Below, piece after piece: positions 40,129 through 48,966 of a stretch of 48,966 bases of DNA. The notes beneath the pieces are model-generated. The model searched no databases and had not been told where the DNA came from. It worked only from the letters and a program-made list of their open reading frames with translations. The DNA lies in IMG/VR virus record IMGVR_UViG_3300013947_000058, positions 1 to 48,966 of that record. One strand, given 5' to 3'. The translations under genes and the position numbers were made by a program. How positions within the stretch are numbered: the first letter of the stretch is position 1; every line of letters begins with the position of its first letter. The DNA comes from a virus.

Positions 40129-42828
40129 TTGATTTGATTTTGCATACAGTGTGCTATTGTATTTGGTCACACGATTAATATAAGTTCGTTTATTGAACTC
40201 CAATGCACCTTGCTCTTTCAAAATCTGAATAACTCTCGACGTAACAGTTCTTGATTTGCACCTATCATAAAAATCATCAAAGCTTATAAATACACCATGA
40301 GCTTTTCGTTCCTCTTCAATTGCTGTGGCTGCTTTTTCACCAATTCCTTTAATTGAACTTAATCCTTCTTGAATTACCATTTCACCCTCGACTTTTCGAA
40401 GTGTATAATTAGCTGAATAATTAACATGCGGCAAAAACAATATTGCATTATCACGAACAGCATTTTCTTTGAATTTAGCCATCTTAGCTTCATCACCACT
40501 GTACTTCATCTTTACATACCAAAACTCTGTAGGATAATAGATTTTGTAGTACATTTCCTCGACCGAGATTAAACTATATCCTGTAGCATGCCCTTTATTA
40601 AATGCATAGTTAAAGAATTTATCAAAAATTTCAAATGCCTGTTCTTTAGTCATACCATGTTTCTTTGCACCAGCTTCAAACTTCTTTACAAAGTTGTCAT
40701 AATTTTCTTCAAAGTTTCTGATTGCCTTTTCAGTACCACCACGTTGCATCTTCAAAATCTTATCAGCTTCAGGCCATTCCAATCCACCAATGTTAACTGC
40801 AATAGCTTGTACTTGTTCTTGATATACTACACAACCATAAGTTTTCTCAAGATATTTTGAGTATGGCAAACTCGTATCAATATGAGCTTGGTCAACCTTA
40901 TTGGCTGCATATACTTCCGGCATCTTTAAGCTCAGTGGACCAGGCCTGTTCATAGCCGATGCAGCAATCACATCTTCAAAACAATCACATTGCATTACTC
41001 TCAGCATTTCTTGAACTGATTTCTTTTCAAACTGGAATACACCATCACAATTGCCTTCACCAAAAGCTTTCATGACTTGCTCATCATTTACCCAATCTTC
41101 ATCAAATTCATCATGACCTGTAAGTTGTCTAAGTTCACCAATACTTGACATTGTGGTAAGACCAAGAATATCAAACTTAATTACTTTGATTTTTTCCATA
41201 TCGTTCAAATCATAATTTGTGAAATGCTTACCTGTTTTTGAATCAATACGAACAGCTGTATAGTCCAGAATATTTCCACCAGTAATTGCAACACCAGCAG
41301 CATGAGTTCCGATATATCTGATTTTATTATACAGCTTGCAGAAATGCTTAATGATATTATCATATTGAGCATTCCACATTTTTGCTTCAGCTGATTTAGA
41401 TACTTTGTCAAGGTCAAGTAAACCTTCATTTATATTGCTGTTTACAAAGTTTTTAATCTGCTTTATTTCGTCTTTGTTTCCCTCAAGACCACAAACTTTT
41501 GCAAGGTCATTTATAAGGTTATCAACACGATATAAACCATAAGAACAGATTTGAGCTGCATTATTTGGATATCTATCCAGCAAGTGCTGAATTACTTCTG
41601 CTCGACGTGACGTTTCAAAATCAAGGTCAATATCAGGCATTTTCTTCTTATCAATTCTTAAGAATCGACTAAAATCAAGGTCAAATAAAATCGGGTCAAC
41701 ATCAGTAATATGCAATGCATAGTTAACCAAACAATTACAACCAGAACCACGACCAGGACCAACTTGAATCCCATGCTCTTTTGCCCATGTTGCATACTCA
41801 GCAACCATCAAAAAGTAATCTTCAAAGCCATGATACTTAATGACTTTAAGCTCTTCCTTAATTCTTGCTGCATACTTCTTATTCCACTTGCCTCGTTTTT
41901 TAAGCCCATCCTTTATTTTCTCTTTCAATAAATCAAGCGAATCTCTCTCAGGGTCAAACTGAGGAAGCTTAAGTTCAAGCTCATCAAGAATATCACCATC
42001 AACTTTGTCTTCAATTTCCTGCAGGTTTCTAACCATTTCTTTTGCCAGAGCTTTTACTTTAACATTACCAAAATCACCTTTATGCATTTTATAAAATCGC
42101 TGCATAATTTCCTTTTCAGTTGGCATATAACGTTCTTTATACGTTGCTTCAATATCATCGAAATTATGCTTAGCAACTTCATGCATTTTCATATAAGTAT
42201 CAAAATCTTCTTTTGCGCCTCTATGAGAATCAGAGGTAAGTATAAGCTTAATACCTAACTTCTTAGCTAATTTAATTGACTCAACATTTACCTTTTCTTG
42301 AAGCCCTGGCTCAGTAATTGAATACGGCTGAATTTCAATATAAAAATCATCGCCAAAAATATCAACCATCTTTCTAAGATACTTTTCAGCTTGGTCAATC
42401 TTATCTGATTTAATACACTGAGCTAAGTAACCTGCAACACAAGCACTCGTACAAATCAATCCTTCATGATATTCCTCAAGTAGTTCAAATGTCCAAATTG
42501 GATTGTAGTACTTGATTTTCTCACCTTCATACTGAAGTGTATTTAGATTCGTATATCCTTGCTTTGTCTTGGCAAACAAACATAAGTGGTAGCCTCTTGT
42601 TTGAGGCTTATACTTTGGTAAGAAATATCCTTCGCATCCCATGATAGGCTTAATACCTTCCTCTTTACATGCATAGAAATGTCTTACCAATCCATTTGTG
42701 TTACCATGATTAGACGTACCAAGAGACGTATATCCAAGCTGTTTTGCTAAAGCAGCAAGCTCTTCCGGTTTACCAAAACCATCAAACGTACTACACTCAT
42801 CGTGTCTGTGTAAATCTACCATTTGCAA
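40126..42828 (-). CDS. dnaE: DNA polymerase III alpha subunit (DnaE-type, N-terminal PHP domain)
   Basis: PHP start VDLHRHDECSTFDG. Palm/fingers GPGRGSGCNCLVNYALHITDVDP. PDIDLDFETSRR. 900 aa. Confidence 0.95.
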   Translation of the reverse strand: MQMVDLHRHDECSTFDGFGKPEELAALAKQLGYTSLGTSNHGNTNGLVRHFYACKEEGIKPIMGCEGYFLPKYKPQTRGYHLCLFAKTKQGYTNLNTLQYEGEKIKYYNPIWTFELLEEYHEGLICTSACVAGYLAQCIKSDKIDQAEKYLRKMVDIFGDDFYIEIQPYSITEPGLQEKVNVESIKLAKKLGIKLILTSDSHRGAKEDFDTYMKMHEVAKHNFDDIEATYKERYMPTEKEIMQRFYKMHKGDFGNVKVKALAKEMVRNLQEIEDKVDGDILDELELKLPQFDPERDSLDLLKEKIKDGLKKRGKWNKKYAARIKEELKVIKYHGFEDYFLMVAEYATWAKEHGIQVGPGRGSGCNCLVNYALHITDVDPILFDLDFSRFLRIDKKKMPDIDLDFETSRRAEVIQHLLDRYPNNAAQICSYGLYRVDNLINDLAKVCGLEGNKDEIKQIKNFVNSNINEGLLDLDKVSKSAEAKMWNAQYDNIIKHFCKLYNKIRYIGTHAAGVAITGGNILDYTAVRIDSKTGKHFTNYDLNDMEKIKVIKFDILGLTTMSSIGELRQLTGHDEFDEDWVNDEQVMKAFGEGNCDGVFQFEKKSVQEMLRVMQCDCFEDVIAASAMNRPGPLSLKMPEVYAANKVDQAHIDTSLPYSKYLEKTYGCVVYQEQVQAIAVNIGGLEWPEADKILKMQRGGTEKAIRNFEENYDNFVKKFEAGAKKHGMTKEQAFEIFDKFFNYAFNKGHATGYSLISVEEMYYKIYYPTEFWYVKMKYSGDEAKMAKFKENAVRDNAILFLPHVNYSANYTLRKVEGEMVIQEGLSSIKGIGEKAATAIEEERKAHGVFISFDDFYDRCKSRTVTSRVIQILKEQGALEFNKRTYINRVTKYNSTLYAKSNQ

Positions 42829-43567
42829 TTCTCCTTTTCTTACATATCATCAATATTTGACGATTGGCTTGAGTAGGAGACAAGCAAGCAATTATTGCTC
42901 TTATATAACTTTCAGGGAATGCGCCTCTGAGCTTTGAAGCAATCATACTCAAATTAGCATTAGTCTCTAAAAGCTTATTATATTCTCGTTCTTCAAGACT
43001 CCAACCAATCTCTTTATTGATTTTGAACTCCTTATTTATTATACCATAAATCTCAGAATTTGTAAACTCTTTTTTATGGTCAGTTGGCCATACTCTATCT
43101 TCATACATTCCCTCGTATGGAGGAGTAGGAGTCGTAAATAGTAGCAGTCCTTCTGGCACCAACCAACTTGCAATTCGCTCAAACATAGTAGCTGCAAAAT
43201 CTTTGTCAATGTGCTCAATCACTTCCATGAATACCACACAATCATAAACAATCTTCGCATGCATTCTTATGTTGAACTCTTTTGATGTGATATCGAAAAC
43301 GGTAATCGTCTTATCAGATTCGTATCGTTTATCACCATCAACTCTCATGAACTTAATATCATCACGCTTAAAATTTTTCTTAACCATATTCTCTAAATCA
43401 CTTGAGCCAGCACCAAGCTCTAATACTCTAGAGTCTGCAGGCAGCTGAGCAATTTGCCCAGCCACCATAAGAATTCTATTAAAGTTTGAGAAGCTCCAGT
43501 GTAAGTTGTAATCACATTCAGAGAATTTGTCAAATCCCATTTCTCTATTTGCATTCTTACAATTCAC
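42797..43567 (-). CDS. Class I SAM-dependent methyltransferase (substrate unknown)
   Basis: Motif I VLELGAGSSDL, post-I and motif-II-like VFMEVIEHI. Start uncertain: GTG 43567 with GGAGG 9 nt upstream, or ATG 43540 or 43597. Confidence 0.65.
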   Translation of the reverse strand: MNCKNANREMGFDKFSECDYNLHWSFSNFNRILMVAGQIAQLPADSRVLELGAGSSDLENMVKKNFKRDDIKFMRVDGDKRYESDKTITVFDITSKEFNIRMHAKIVYDCVVFMEVIEHIDKDFAATMFERIASWLVPEGLLLFTTPTPPYEGMYEDRVWPTDHKKEFTNSEIYGIINKEFKINKEIGWSLEEREYNKLLETNANLSMIASKLRGAFPESYIRAIIACLSPTQANRQILMICKKRRIANGRFTQTR

Positions 43568-43994
43568 CTTGCTGTACCTCCTTAAGCTTTTCAACAATCA
43601 GCTCAACACACTCATCAATGCTTTTGTTTGTAGTATCAAGCTCAAGTGTTTTTTCAGCTTTATAATACCTATGAATATTATCACAATAAAGTTTCTGAGC
43701 TTTATCATAATCATAAGGACAAGTCTCATTATGAAATATAAGACGTTCTTTAGCAGTTTCTTTTTCCACTTTACAATATACAACCACAAAATCATCAAAC
43801 TTCATGATTTTTCGTGCTTGATGAATAAGTTCCTGATTGCCATGCTTTGTTTCACGACCAAAAATTTTATCAAAAGTCATATAACCAATAGGACCTCTAT
43901 CAATCACAACATGCTTAAAGTTTGTTGCTTTCAGAAACTCCCATTCCAAAGTTGTTTTACCGGCCTTATCAAGCCCTTCGAAAATCACCCACAT
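43557..43994 (-). CDS. dNMP (thymidylate-type) kinase
   Basis: P-loop VIFEGLDKAGKTT at the N-terminus. 145 aa. Adjacent to ThyX. Confidence 0.65.
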   Translation of the reverse strand: MWVIFEGLDKAGKTTLEWEFLKATNFKHVVIDRGPIGYMTFDKIFGRETKHGNQELIHQARKIMKFDDFVVVYCKVEKETAKERLIFHNETCPYDYDKAQKLYCDNIHRYYKAEKTLELDTTNKSIDECVELIVEKLKEVQQGEL

Positions 43995-43997
43995 ATA

Positions 43998-44909
43998 TTA
44001 CAATATCCAACTTTCTATCATTTCAGATTCGCCAGGAAGTAAAAGCTCAGGCTCTTCAAAATATATGCGCTTTAATTCTTGATACCAAGCAGATTTCGTA
44101 AAATCAAACTTACAATTTTCAGTTGCATGAGTTACATGCTCATTGGCATCTTCAAATCTCTTAAAAGAGTTGCCAAATACATCATCACATGTAAAGCACT
44201 TCTTAGCCGCTGCACCAAAACAATCACATCTCTCAAGATTTTTAGCATAAACCAACTTATCAAGCTCGTCCATTTCATTATCAAGAGCAATTGCTTTTTT
44301 AAGTTCTTTAAGCAAAAGTCTGAATGCATAGTTAATTTCATCAGCTGTATTATTTTCCAACCTCTGACCACATACATTCACAAGCTGAGGAAGTGTGAAA
44401 GAGCAAGAAGCATCGCATGTCTGCCCATGCATTAATAAATAACGTGCATCTTGATATGGAATAACTGTATTGTCTTTTCCATCATCGTTTCCTTTGGTCA
44501 TATCATCATACAGTTTTTGAGATTCCTCAATAAGCTTTACAGCTCTCTCATAAAACTCAGATTGAACAATATTCAAAGGAAGAATAACATTATGCTCGAC
44601 ATGCTGAGGCATCTGAGATTCAACTTGAAACAACCAACCACGATGACGAGTAAGCTGCGCAAGATTTACTCTCGAAATGTTCTTGAAAACGCATTGAATA
44701 AGTACAGTTTCCTGAGGAGTAGGATTCAATCTCTTACCAACCGAACCTGCAATAAACTCCTTCACAATAGGAAGCTCCGGATTGTACTCAATATTCTGAA
44801 GCTGAATCCATGTCTGTTTAAGCATATCCCACATCACTTTTGCAGGGTGCTTTGTGTAGTTAATAATTTCTACACTAATTCCTTTGTAACCATTCTGAAT
44901 GCCATTCAT
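43998..44909 (-). CDS. thyX: Flavin-dependent thymidylate synthase ThyX-like
   Basis: RHR-x7-S signature present (RHRGWLFQVES). Size is about 300 aa. Confidence 0.7.
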   Translation of the reverse strand: MNGIQNGYKGISVEIINYTKHPAKVMWDMLKQTWIQLQNIEYNPELPIVKEFIAGSVGKRLNPTPQETVLIQCVFKNISRVNLAQLTRHRGWLFQVESQMPQHVEHNVILPLNIVQSEFYERAVKLIEESQKLYDDMTKGNDDGKDNTVIPYQDARYLLMHGQTCDASCSFTLPQLVNVCGQRLENNTADEINYAFRLLLKELKKAIALDNEMDELDKLVYAKNLERCDCFGAAAKKCFTCDDVFGNSFKRFEDANEHVTHATENCKFDFTKSAWYQELKRIYFEEPELLLPGESEMIESWIL

Positions 44910-45407
44910 TTATTTGGCCTCCTTCTCAATTAGTTTATTAATTTCATTTGTATATTTATCAAGACGTTCTTTAGACTCAAAGTAAATCTCACCAATACAA
45001 TCTGAAGAATTACCAAGAGCTTTTTCATTCAAACACCATTGATATACGCTGTAGGCATCTGCCAACTTAAGAATATTATACACTATCGGTTCAGGTTTGT
45101 ACACATCTCCAAGATAGTTGCTCCAATGTTCTTCATAATAGTCTTGCTCAATTTTACCAAGTATCTGCTGCATCTCAGGATAATTTGCTTTGACATCATG
45201 AGGAATATCGGACGTACGACTTTCACATGTATCGTGCAATGCTGCAAGAATTAGAACTTGTCGTTCTTGCTCATGCGTAAGATTAAGCTGAGTCATAATC
45301 TTAAGACAAAATAGAGAAACAAAGCATGTATGCTCTGCAACACTCTCATCTTGAAGTCTGCTACGGTGATTGTACCTGATAATTTTCTTAAGCGGGTATT
45401 CGCTCAT
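44910..45407 (-). CDS. HD-domain 5'-deoxynucleotidase (YfbR-like)
   Basis: ESVAEHTCFVSL ... ALHDTCESRTSDIPHDVK (H...HD...D). Confidence 0.7.
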   Translation of the reverse strand: MSEYPLKKIIRYNHRSRLQDESVAEHTCFVSLFCLKIMTQLNLTHEQERQVLILAALHDTCESRTSDIPHDVKANYPEMQQILGKIEQDYYEEHWSNYLGDVYKPEPIVYNILKLADAYSVYQWCLNEKALGNSSDCIGEIYFESKERLDKYTNEINKLIEKEAK

Positions 45408-45417
45408 TATAGATTCT

Positions 45418-45894
45418 TTACTCAACAATTCCAGCATAAGCAAGCCCCTCATTCTTTTTAATTAATTCAGGAAGCTTGTCAAGGTCTTCAAACTTTGTAA
45501 CTACAATATCTCCAGATTGAGCTAACATCAAATTAAATTGACCATTAGGACCAAGTGTTTCACAATAATATACAATAATAATATGCTTATCAGTTGACTC
45601 CAGCATATAATTAATACCATTTGCAAAACCTGCTTCCCAGATTGTGCCCATATCTTTACCATCAGTAATTGCAAAAAGAATATCGCAAGTTTCAATATTG
45701 TATGTATTATCTCTGAAAACTTTCTGGCGTGTTTCTTCATCAGAGATAGGAGAACATACACAATTATCTTTTGGACTCCACACATTGAATCCAAGCTCTC
45801 TCAAACGTCCTTTGACACGTTCCTCACGTTCCGCTTGGTCAGGATTAAACCAAGGGCTTGCAAAATACACTTTCATATTTTTAATATCGTTCAT
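45418..45894 (-). CDS. Nucleoside 2-deoxyribosyltransferase-like protein
   Basis: KVYFASPWFNPDQ ... DILFAITDGKDMGTIWEAGFANG matches the family pattern (YLAGPFF ... D.GT.fE.G). Confidence 0.65.
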   Translation of the reverse strand: MNDIKNMKVYFASPWFNPDQAEREERVKGRLRELGFNVWSPKDNCVCSPISDEETRQKVFRDNTYNIETCDILFAITDGKDMGTIWEAGFANGINYMLESTDKHIIIVYYCETLGPNGQFNLMLAQSGDIVVTKFEDLDKLPELIKKNEGLAYAGIVE

Positions 45895-46211
45895 TCTTTT
45901 TCAACTCCTTGCATATTTTCCTTGTAATCTTGTATCGCTTTTTCAATACAATTTTCAACACTTTGTTTTTCTAATAAGCACTCTCTTGCAAAGAAACTGA
46001 CTTTGTTTTTATCATGCCAATCACCGGCTATAAATAAACTCGCATTTGCTGTTTCAATAGGTGTAGTAAAAACGTGTGCGTTGATATGAATTTCATAACA
46101 AGCATTTGCACTGACTACATAACGATATAAGCCTTTCGTAATCTCTTTCCAATTATTAAGGTCTTTCATTTGTTCTAATTCAGTATCTTTAATATCGTTG
46201 ATATCATTCAT
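45891..46211 (-). CDS. Hypothetical protein
   Basis: AAGGAGAAATCG RBS region. 106 aa. Confidence 0.5.
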   Translation of the reverse strand: MNDINDIKDTELEQMKDLNNWKEITKGLYRYVVSANACYEIHINAHVFTTPIETANASLFIAGDWHDKNKVSFFARECLLEKQSVENCIEKAIQDYKENMQGVEKE

Positions 46212-46234
46212 AACGATTTCTCCTTTTCTAAAAT

Positions 46235-46264
46235 GTAGGGAGGGAGCTTAACCCCTCCCACTAC
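46235..46264 (-). terminator. GC-rich hairpin terminator after the dUTPase-like gene
   Basis: Minus strand reads GGGAGGGgttaagctCCCTCCCtacatttt. Confidence 0.5.
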
Positions 46265-46277
46265 GTGAATACTTTCA

Positions 46278-46694
46278 TTATAAAGTTTCAATACGGTCAG
46301 ATACAACACCAAGCTTTTGCTGAATCGCGTTAGCCAGGTCATTGCCATCAAATCCGGAAAACATTGCAATATTCATAAGTACCACAAAACAATCAGCTAA
46401 TTCCTCAAGCTTTGCATTTTTATCGTACTTGTTATTGCGATGTGATTTCCACCTTTTGTCAGCGTCCAATACCTCACCAATCTCTGACATAAGCTGCTGA
46501 ATATGATATGATGCTAAACCAACATCATCTGCTGGAACAGTAACCGTATGCTCATCTTTGTATCTGTCATAAACACCTTTATGAATGAGCTTATCTTGAG
46601 TCATGAGTTGAGTATTGAACAATTGTTGTAAAGTTATTGCATTAGTCTGCTGTGAAGTTATTGCATTAATCATCTTTTTTACTGCATTAGTCAT
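46278..46694 (-). CDS. All-alpha NTP pyrophosphohydrolase (dimeric dUTPase / MazG-like)
   Basis: SEIGEVLDADKRWK ... LEELADCFVVLMNIA (E..E ... E..D pairs). ATG 46694 overlaps the SSB stop. Confidence 0.6.
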   Translation of the reverse strand: MTNAVKKMINAITSQQTNAITLQQLFNTQLMTQDKLIHKGVYDRYKDEHTVTVPADDVGLASYHIQQLMSEIGEVLDADKRWKSHRNNKYDKNAKLEELADCFVVLMNIAMFSGFDGNDLANAIQQKLGVVSDRIETL

Positions 46695-47520
46695 CTTCCC
46701 AGTCATCCTCATCTTCGCCCCAATCTTCTTGAGCTGTATCCCATTCCTCAAGCTGATTGATATAGTATTTAGCAGGTTTCTTTGGAGCTACTTTGATTTC
46801 ACGTTCTTTGCAGAGGTTGTACAACTCTTTGGCAGTCATTTCAGAGTAATCAACTACATCGTCGTCATCCTCTTCGCCCCAATCTTCATCATCATAATCA
46901 TCCTCATCTTCATCATCTTCCGGCTCAGATTTACGAGTATTTTTCTTACCAATAGACTTCTGAGCACGTTTCTTAGGTGCTTCATCCTCATCTTCATCAT
47001 CCTCAGCTACATCACAAGGGAATGCTTTATCAAGCATCTTAAGGATAGACTTTTCAGAATAAGCTTTTGCTTTCTCATTTCTGAATTTAACTTTGTCCAT
47101 GGGAACAACAGAAAACGTCTTATTCTGTTTCTTACCGGAGACACTAATCACATAGTCACGGTCAGTGATTGTACCATAATTTTCATACATTGCCATCAAT
47201 GCAGGAATTGGACTGCAGTTATTTACAGGGAACATAAACAACTGAACTTCTTTGGTCTCATAATTCCATACAGACCAAATATACTGAGAACGAGTACGAA
47301 GACTGTCATCATCGCAGTAAGGGCAGTTCTTTCCAAAATGCTCCTGACAAGGAACATTAATTCCGGCTTCAAAACTATCATGAAATGTGACTTCCATTCC
47401 GTCATCCATATCAGCCAAGAAACGAATTCTAATTTTCTGACCTTCTCTAAAATAGATGAACTTACCTTTATTCTGACCAGACTTCTTTACGTCTTGCTTA
47501 ATTTTATCGACTAAACCCAT
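46687..47520 (-). CDS. ssDNA-binding protein (T4 gp32-like zinc OB-fold) with SAP-like module and acidic tail
   Basis: IRIRFLADMDDG...HDSF...CQEHFGKNCPYC parallels the gp32 His/Cys3 site. TAKELYNLCKEREIKVAPKKPAKYYINQL. C-terminus EDWGEDEDDWEDD. Confidence 0.55.
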   Translation of the reverse strand: MGLVDKIKQDVKKSGQNKGKFIYFREGQKIRIRFLADMDDGMEVTFHDSFEAGINVPCQEHFGKNCPYCDDDSLRTRSQYIWSVWNYETKEVQLFMFPVNNCSPIPALMAMYENYGTITDRDYVISVSGKKQNKTFSVVPMDKVKFRNEKAKAYSEKSILKMLDKAFPCDVAEDDEDEDEAPKKRAQKSIGKKNTRKSEPEDDEDEDDYDDEDWGEEDDDDVVDYSEMTAKELYNLCKEREIKVAPKKPAKYYINQLEEWDTAQEDWGEDEDDWEDD

Positions 47521-48497
47521 TACGGTTTCCTCCTTGTTTTTGTTTTGTAAATTTCCATAGTTTTCTTAAACATTTTGTTAAACAACTCTTGTGTCATATC
47601 GCCCGGGTCTTTTACTTTTTTGAGATATTTAAATCTTGTTACCTCAAAATGTTGCTCAAGGAATTTAGTACCTTTACGACCATACTCATCATTGTCTAAC
47701 GCACTTATCACTTTTATGATTCCTTTATCTTTCAGCTTTTGAATTTGCTGAGGTGACATTTTCCAACCTAAAATAGCAACTACATTATCTTCACCAAATT
47801 GTACAAACTTTAATCTGTCCATATAGCCCTCAACCACAAATACGTAGTCTTTCGTTCCATAATTTCCTACAAGAGTTGTTGCTCGACTAAATCCTTCATT
47901 ATACAAATATTTACGTCGTTCTTCGATTGACTTAATCATCGTACGACACACCCAGCCTTTGAACTTTCCATTATCAAGCATTGGGAATATTATTCCATAA
48001 CTCTTGTTGTATGTAACCTTAGCTTTACATTTATGTAAAGTGCTCGGTTTAAATCCTCTTTTAGTCATGTACTCTTTGGCAGCCACCACTTCAGGTTCAT
48101 CAGAATCCCTCCAGTTAACTTTTTTTAATCCGTGGTAGTAATCATAGGCCTCATTATATAAATCCCTTTGAAGTGGCTTCTGTGACTTCTGACGAATACC
48201 TATATGTATCTTACTACACTTATCTGATTTTAAAATACGAAGATATTTTTGATAAGCTTGTAAATCATTCAATCCATTATTATATTTGGATTCCATAAGC
48301 TTCACAAACTTCTTTGCATCACCAGTCAATCCACATCCAAAACAAAACCATGAACCATCTTCAAGATTCACAATCATGCTTGGATTTACATCATCATGAA
48401 ATGGGCAAACGATTTTCTGACTTAATGATGCGGTATCTGGTATTAAATTATAATACCACAAAACTTTTGCTAATGATTCACCGTTTTTGTTCTCCAT
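47520..48497 (-). CDS. dnaG: DNA primase (DnaG-type: CHC2 zinc finger plus TOPRIM)
   Basis: CPFHDDVNPSMIVNLEDGSWFCFGCGLTGD. TOPRIM VFVVEGYMDRLKF ... ALDNDEYGRKG. Confidence 0.9.
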   Translation of the reverse strand: MENKNGESLAKVLWYYNLIPDTASLSQKIVCPFHDDVNPSMIVNLEDGSWFCFGCGLTGDAKKFVKLMESKYNNGLNDLQAYQKYLRILKSDKCSKIHIGIRQKSQKPLQRDLYNEAYDYYHGLKKVNWRDSDEPEVVAAKEYMTKRGFKPSTLHKCKAKVTYNKSYGIIFPMLDNGKFKGWVCRTMIKSIEERRKYLYNEGFSRATTLVGNYGTKDYVFVVEGYMDRLKFVQFGEDNVVAILGWKMSPQQIQKLKDKGIIKVISALDNDEYGRKGTKFLEQHFEVTRFKYLKKVKDPGDMTQELFNKMFKKTMEIYKTKTRRKP

Positions 48498-48966
48498 CTT
48501 CATGCCCTCGTTTCACACCAACAGTGAAGTAGGGTCTCTGACGTTTTACAGTGTAACAACCTTGTACTTGTTCTATGGTTATCTTCCCAATCTCTTCCAG
48601 TCTATCAAGTTCTTGAGTATCAACTGCTTGTGACACATTCAGAAATGACTTAAAGATTTTAGGATTTACATCACATTCTTTAAGGTAAGCAATCAATGCA
48701 TCTATATCAGTGATTTCGTACTTCTTAATTATTACTTGCTTAGCAAGTTGTTTTCCTAAAGCTTTTGCAAGCTTATCAGGGTCGAACTCAACACTTGACT
48801 TTTGAATACGATTGACCACTAAGTTACTTTCGATTAAGTCATCATACGAAAATGTAAGTGACTTATCAATGTTTTCACACTCAAAATAGTCCTCCATATC
48901 ACTGCTGAATTGCGCTTTCAATTCATTGAACTGTGATTGCACTTGCTTAAATTTTGATTGTTTTTC
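48478..48966 (-). CDS. 3' portion of the junction-spanning hypothetical gene (see 1..174)
   Basis: Open frame runs to the window end. Stop at 48478 overlaps the primase start region. No motif recognised. Confidence 0.55.
   Translation of the reverse strand, partial: EKQSKFKQVQSQFNELKAQFSSDMEDYFECENIDKSLTFSYDDLIESNLVVNRIQKSSVEFDPDKLAKALGKQLAKQVIIKKYEITDIDALIAYLKECDVNPKIFKSFLNVSQAVDTQELDRLEEIGKITIEQVQGCYTVKRQRPYFTVGVKRGHEDGEQKR
48868..48966. repeat. Terminal direct repeat, exact copy of 1-99
   Basis: See feature 1..99. Confidence 0.95.

Noticed and set aside
42797-46694. Nucleotide cluster interpreted as a known non-canonical base pathway (2-aminoadenine, 5-hmdU, dU-DNA, 7-deazaguanine).
   Set aside because: No PurZ-like adenylosuccinate synthetase homolog, ThyA-type hydroxymethylase, DpdA/QueCDE set or uracil-glycosylase inhibitor signature was seen. 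ThyX plus a dUTPase-like enzyme argue for ordinary thymidine DNA. It is kept only as a low-probability possibility in the findings.
46816-46823. Additional TTGTACAA palindrome inside the SSB-like gene as a tenth promoter or operator copy.
   Set aside because: There is no TGnTATAAT box 17 nt downstream and no A-tract upstream. A single 8-mer inside a coding region is compatible with chance.

Overview
This window is a complete, circularly closed genome of a tailed dsDNA phage with siphovirus-like architecture. Bases 1-99 are repeated exactly at 48868-48966, so the unique length is 48,867 bp. The sequence is visibly AT-rich. Every credible gene lies on the minus strand, and almost all are preceded by GGAGG-type ribosome-binding sites. 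Extended -10 TGnTATAAT promoters, a phi-LC3-type holin, a CHAP/SH3b lysin and a SleB-type hydrolase point to a Firmicutes host. In transcription order (high to low coordinates), 48.9-25.2 kb holds replication, recombination and nucleotide metabolism: DnaG-type primase, gp32-like SSB, dimeric-dUTPase/MazG-like enzyme, deoxyribosyltransferase-like protein, HD 5'-deoxynucleotidase, ThyX, dNMP kinase, SAM methyltransferase, DnaE-type Pol III alpha, RecA-like recombinase, dCMP deaminase, OGG-like glycosylase fold, Cas4-like nuclease, N6-adenine methyltransferase, RuvC-like resolvase, AAA+ ATPase, RNase HI and many small zinc-ribbon ORFs. The 24.4-1.4 kb stretch holds packaging, head, tail and lysis genes: TerS, TerL, a collagen-repeat fibre, a holin-CHAP-SH3b fusion, portal, a MuF-ADP-ribosyltransferase fusion, an ADP-ribosylglycohydrolase, scaffold, decoration protein, lambda-E-like capsid, connectors, major tail, chaperones, tape measure, Dit, Tal and a BppU-like fibre. 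Two single-gene cassettes follow at 1.2-0.1 kb. No integrase, repressor, tRNA or CRISPR array was seen. Six points stand out. (1) A capsid-delivered ADP-ribosyltransferase is paired with a separately promoted ADP-ribosylglycohydrolase. (2) A roughly 55-bp promoter cassette with a palindromic TGTACA -35 element occurs nine times. (3) Four AT-rich intergenic elements of 80-110 bp are bounded by CCAGAAT/ATTCTGG half-sites and occur in both orientations. (4) An iteron-like CTCTATA/TCTATA array sits at 34.5 kb, and the same hexamer lies inside two short tandem duplications that break small ORFs. (5) A zinc-ribbon ORF can only be read through a -1 shift on an A8 run. (6) A holin is fused to an endolysin. 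All functional calls come from motifs read by eye, and no database search was possible.
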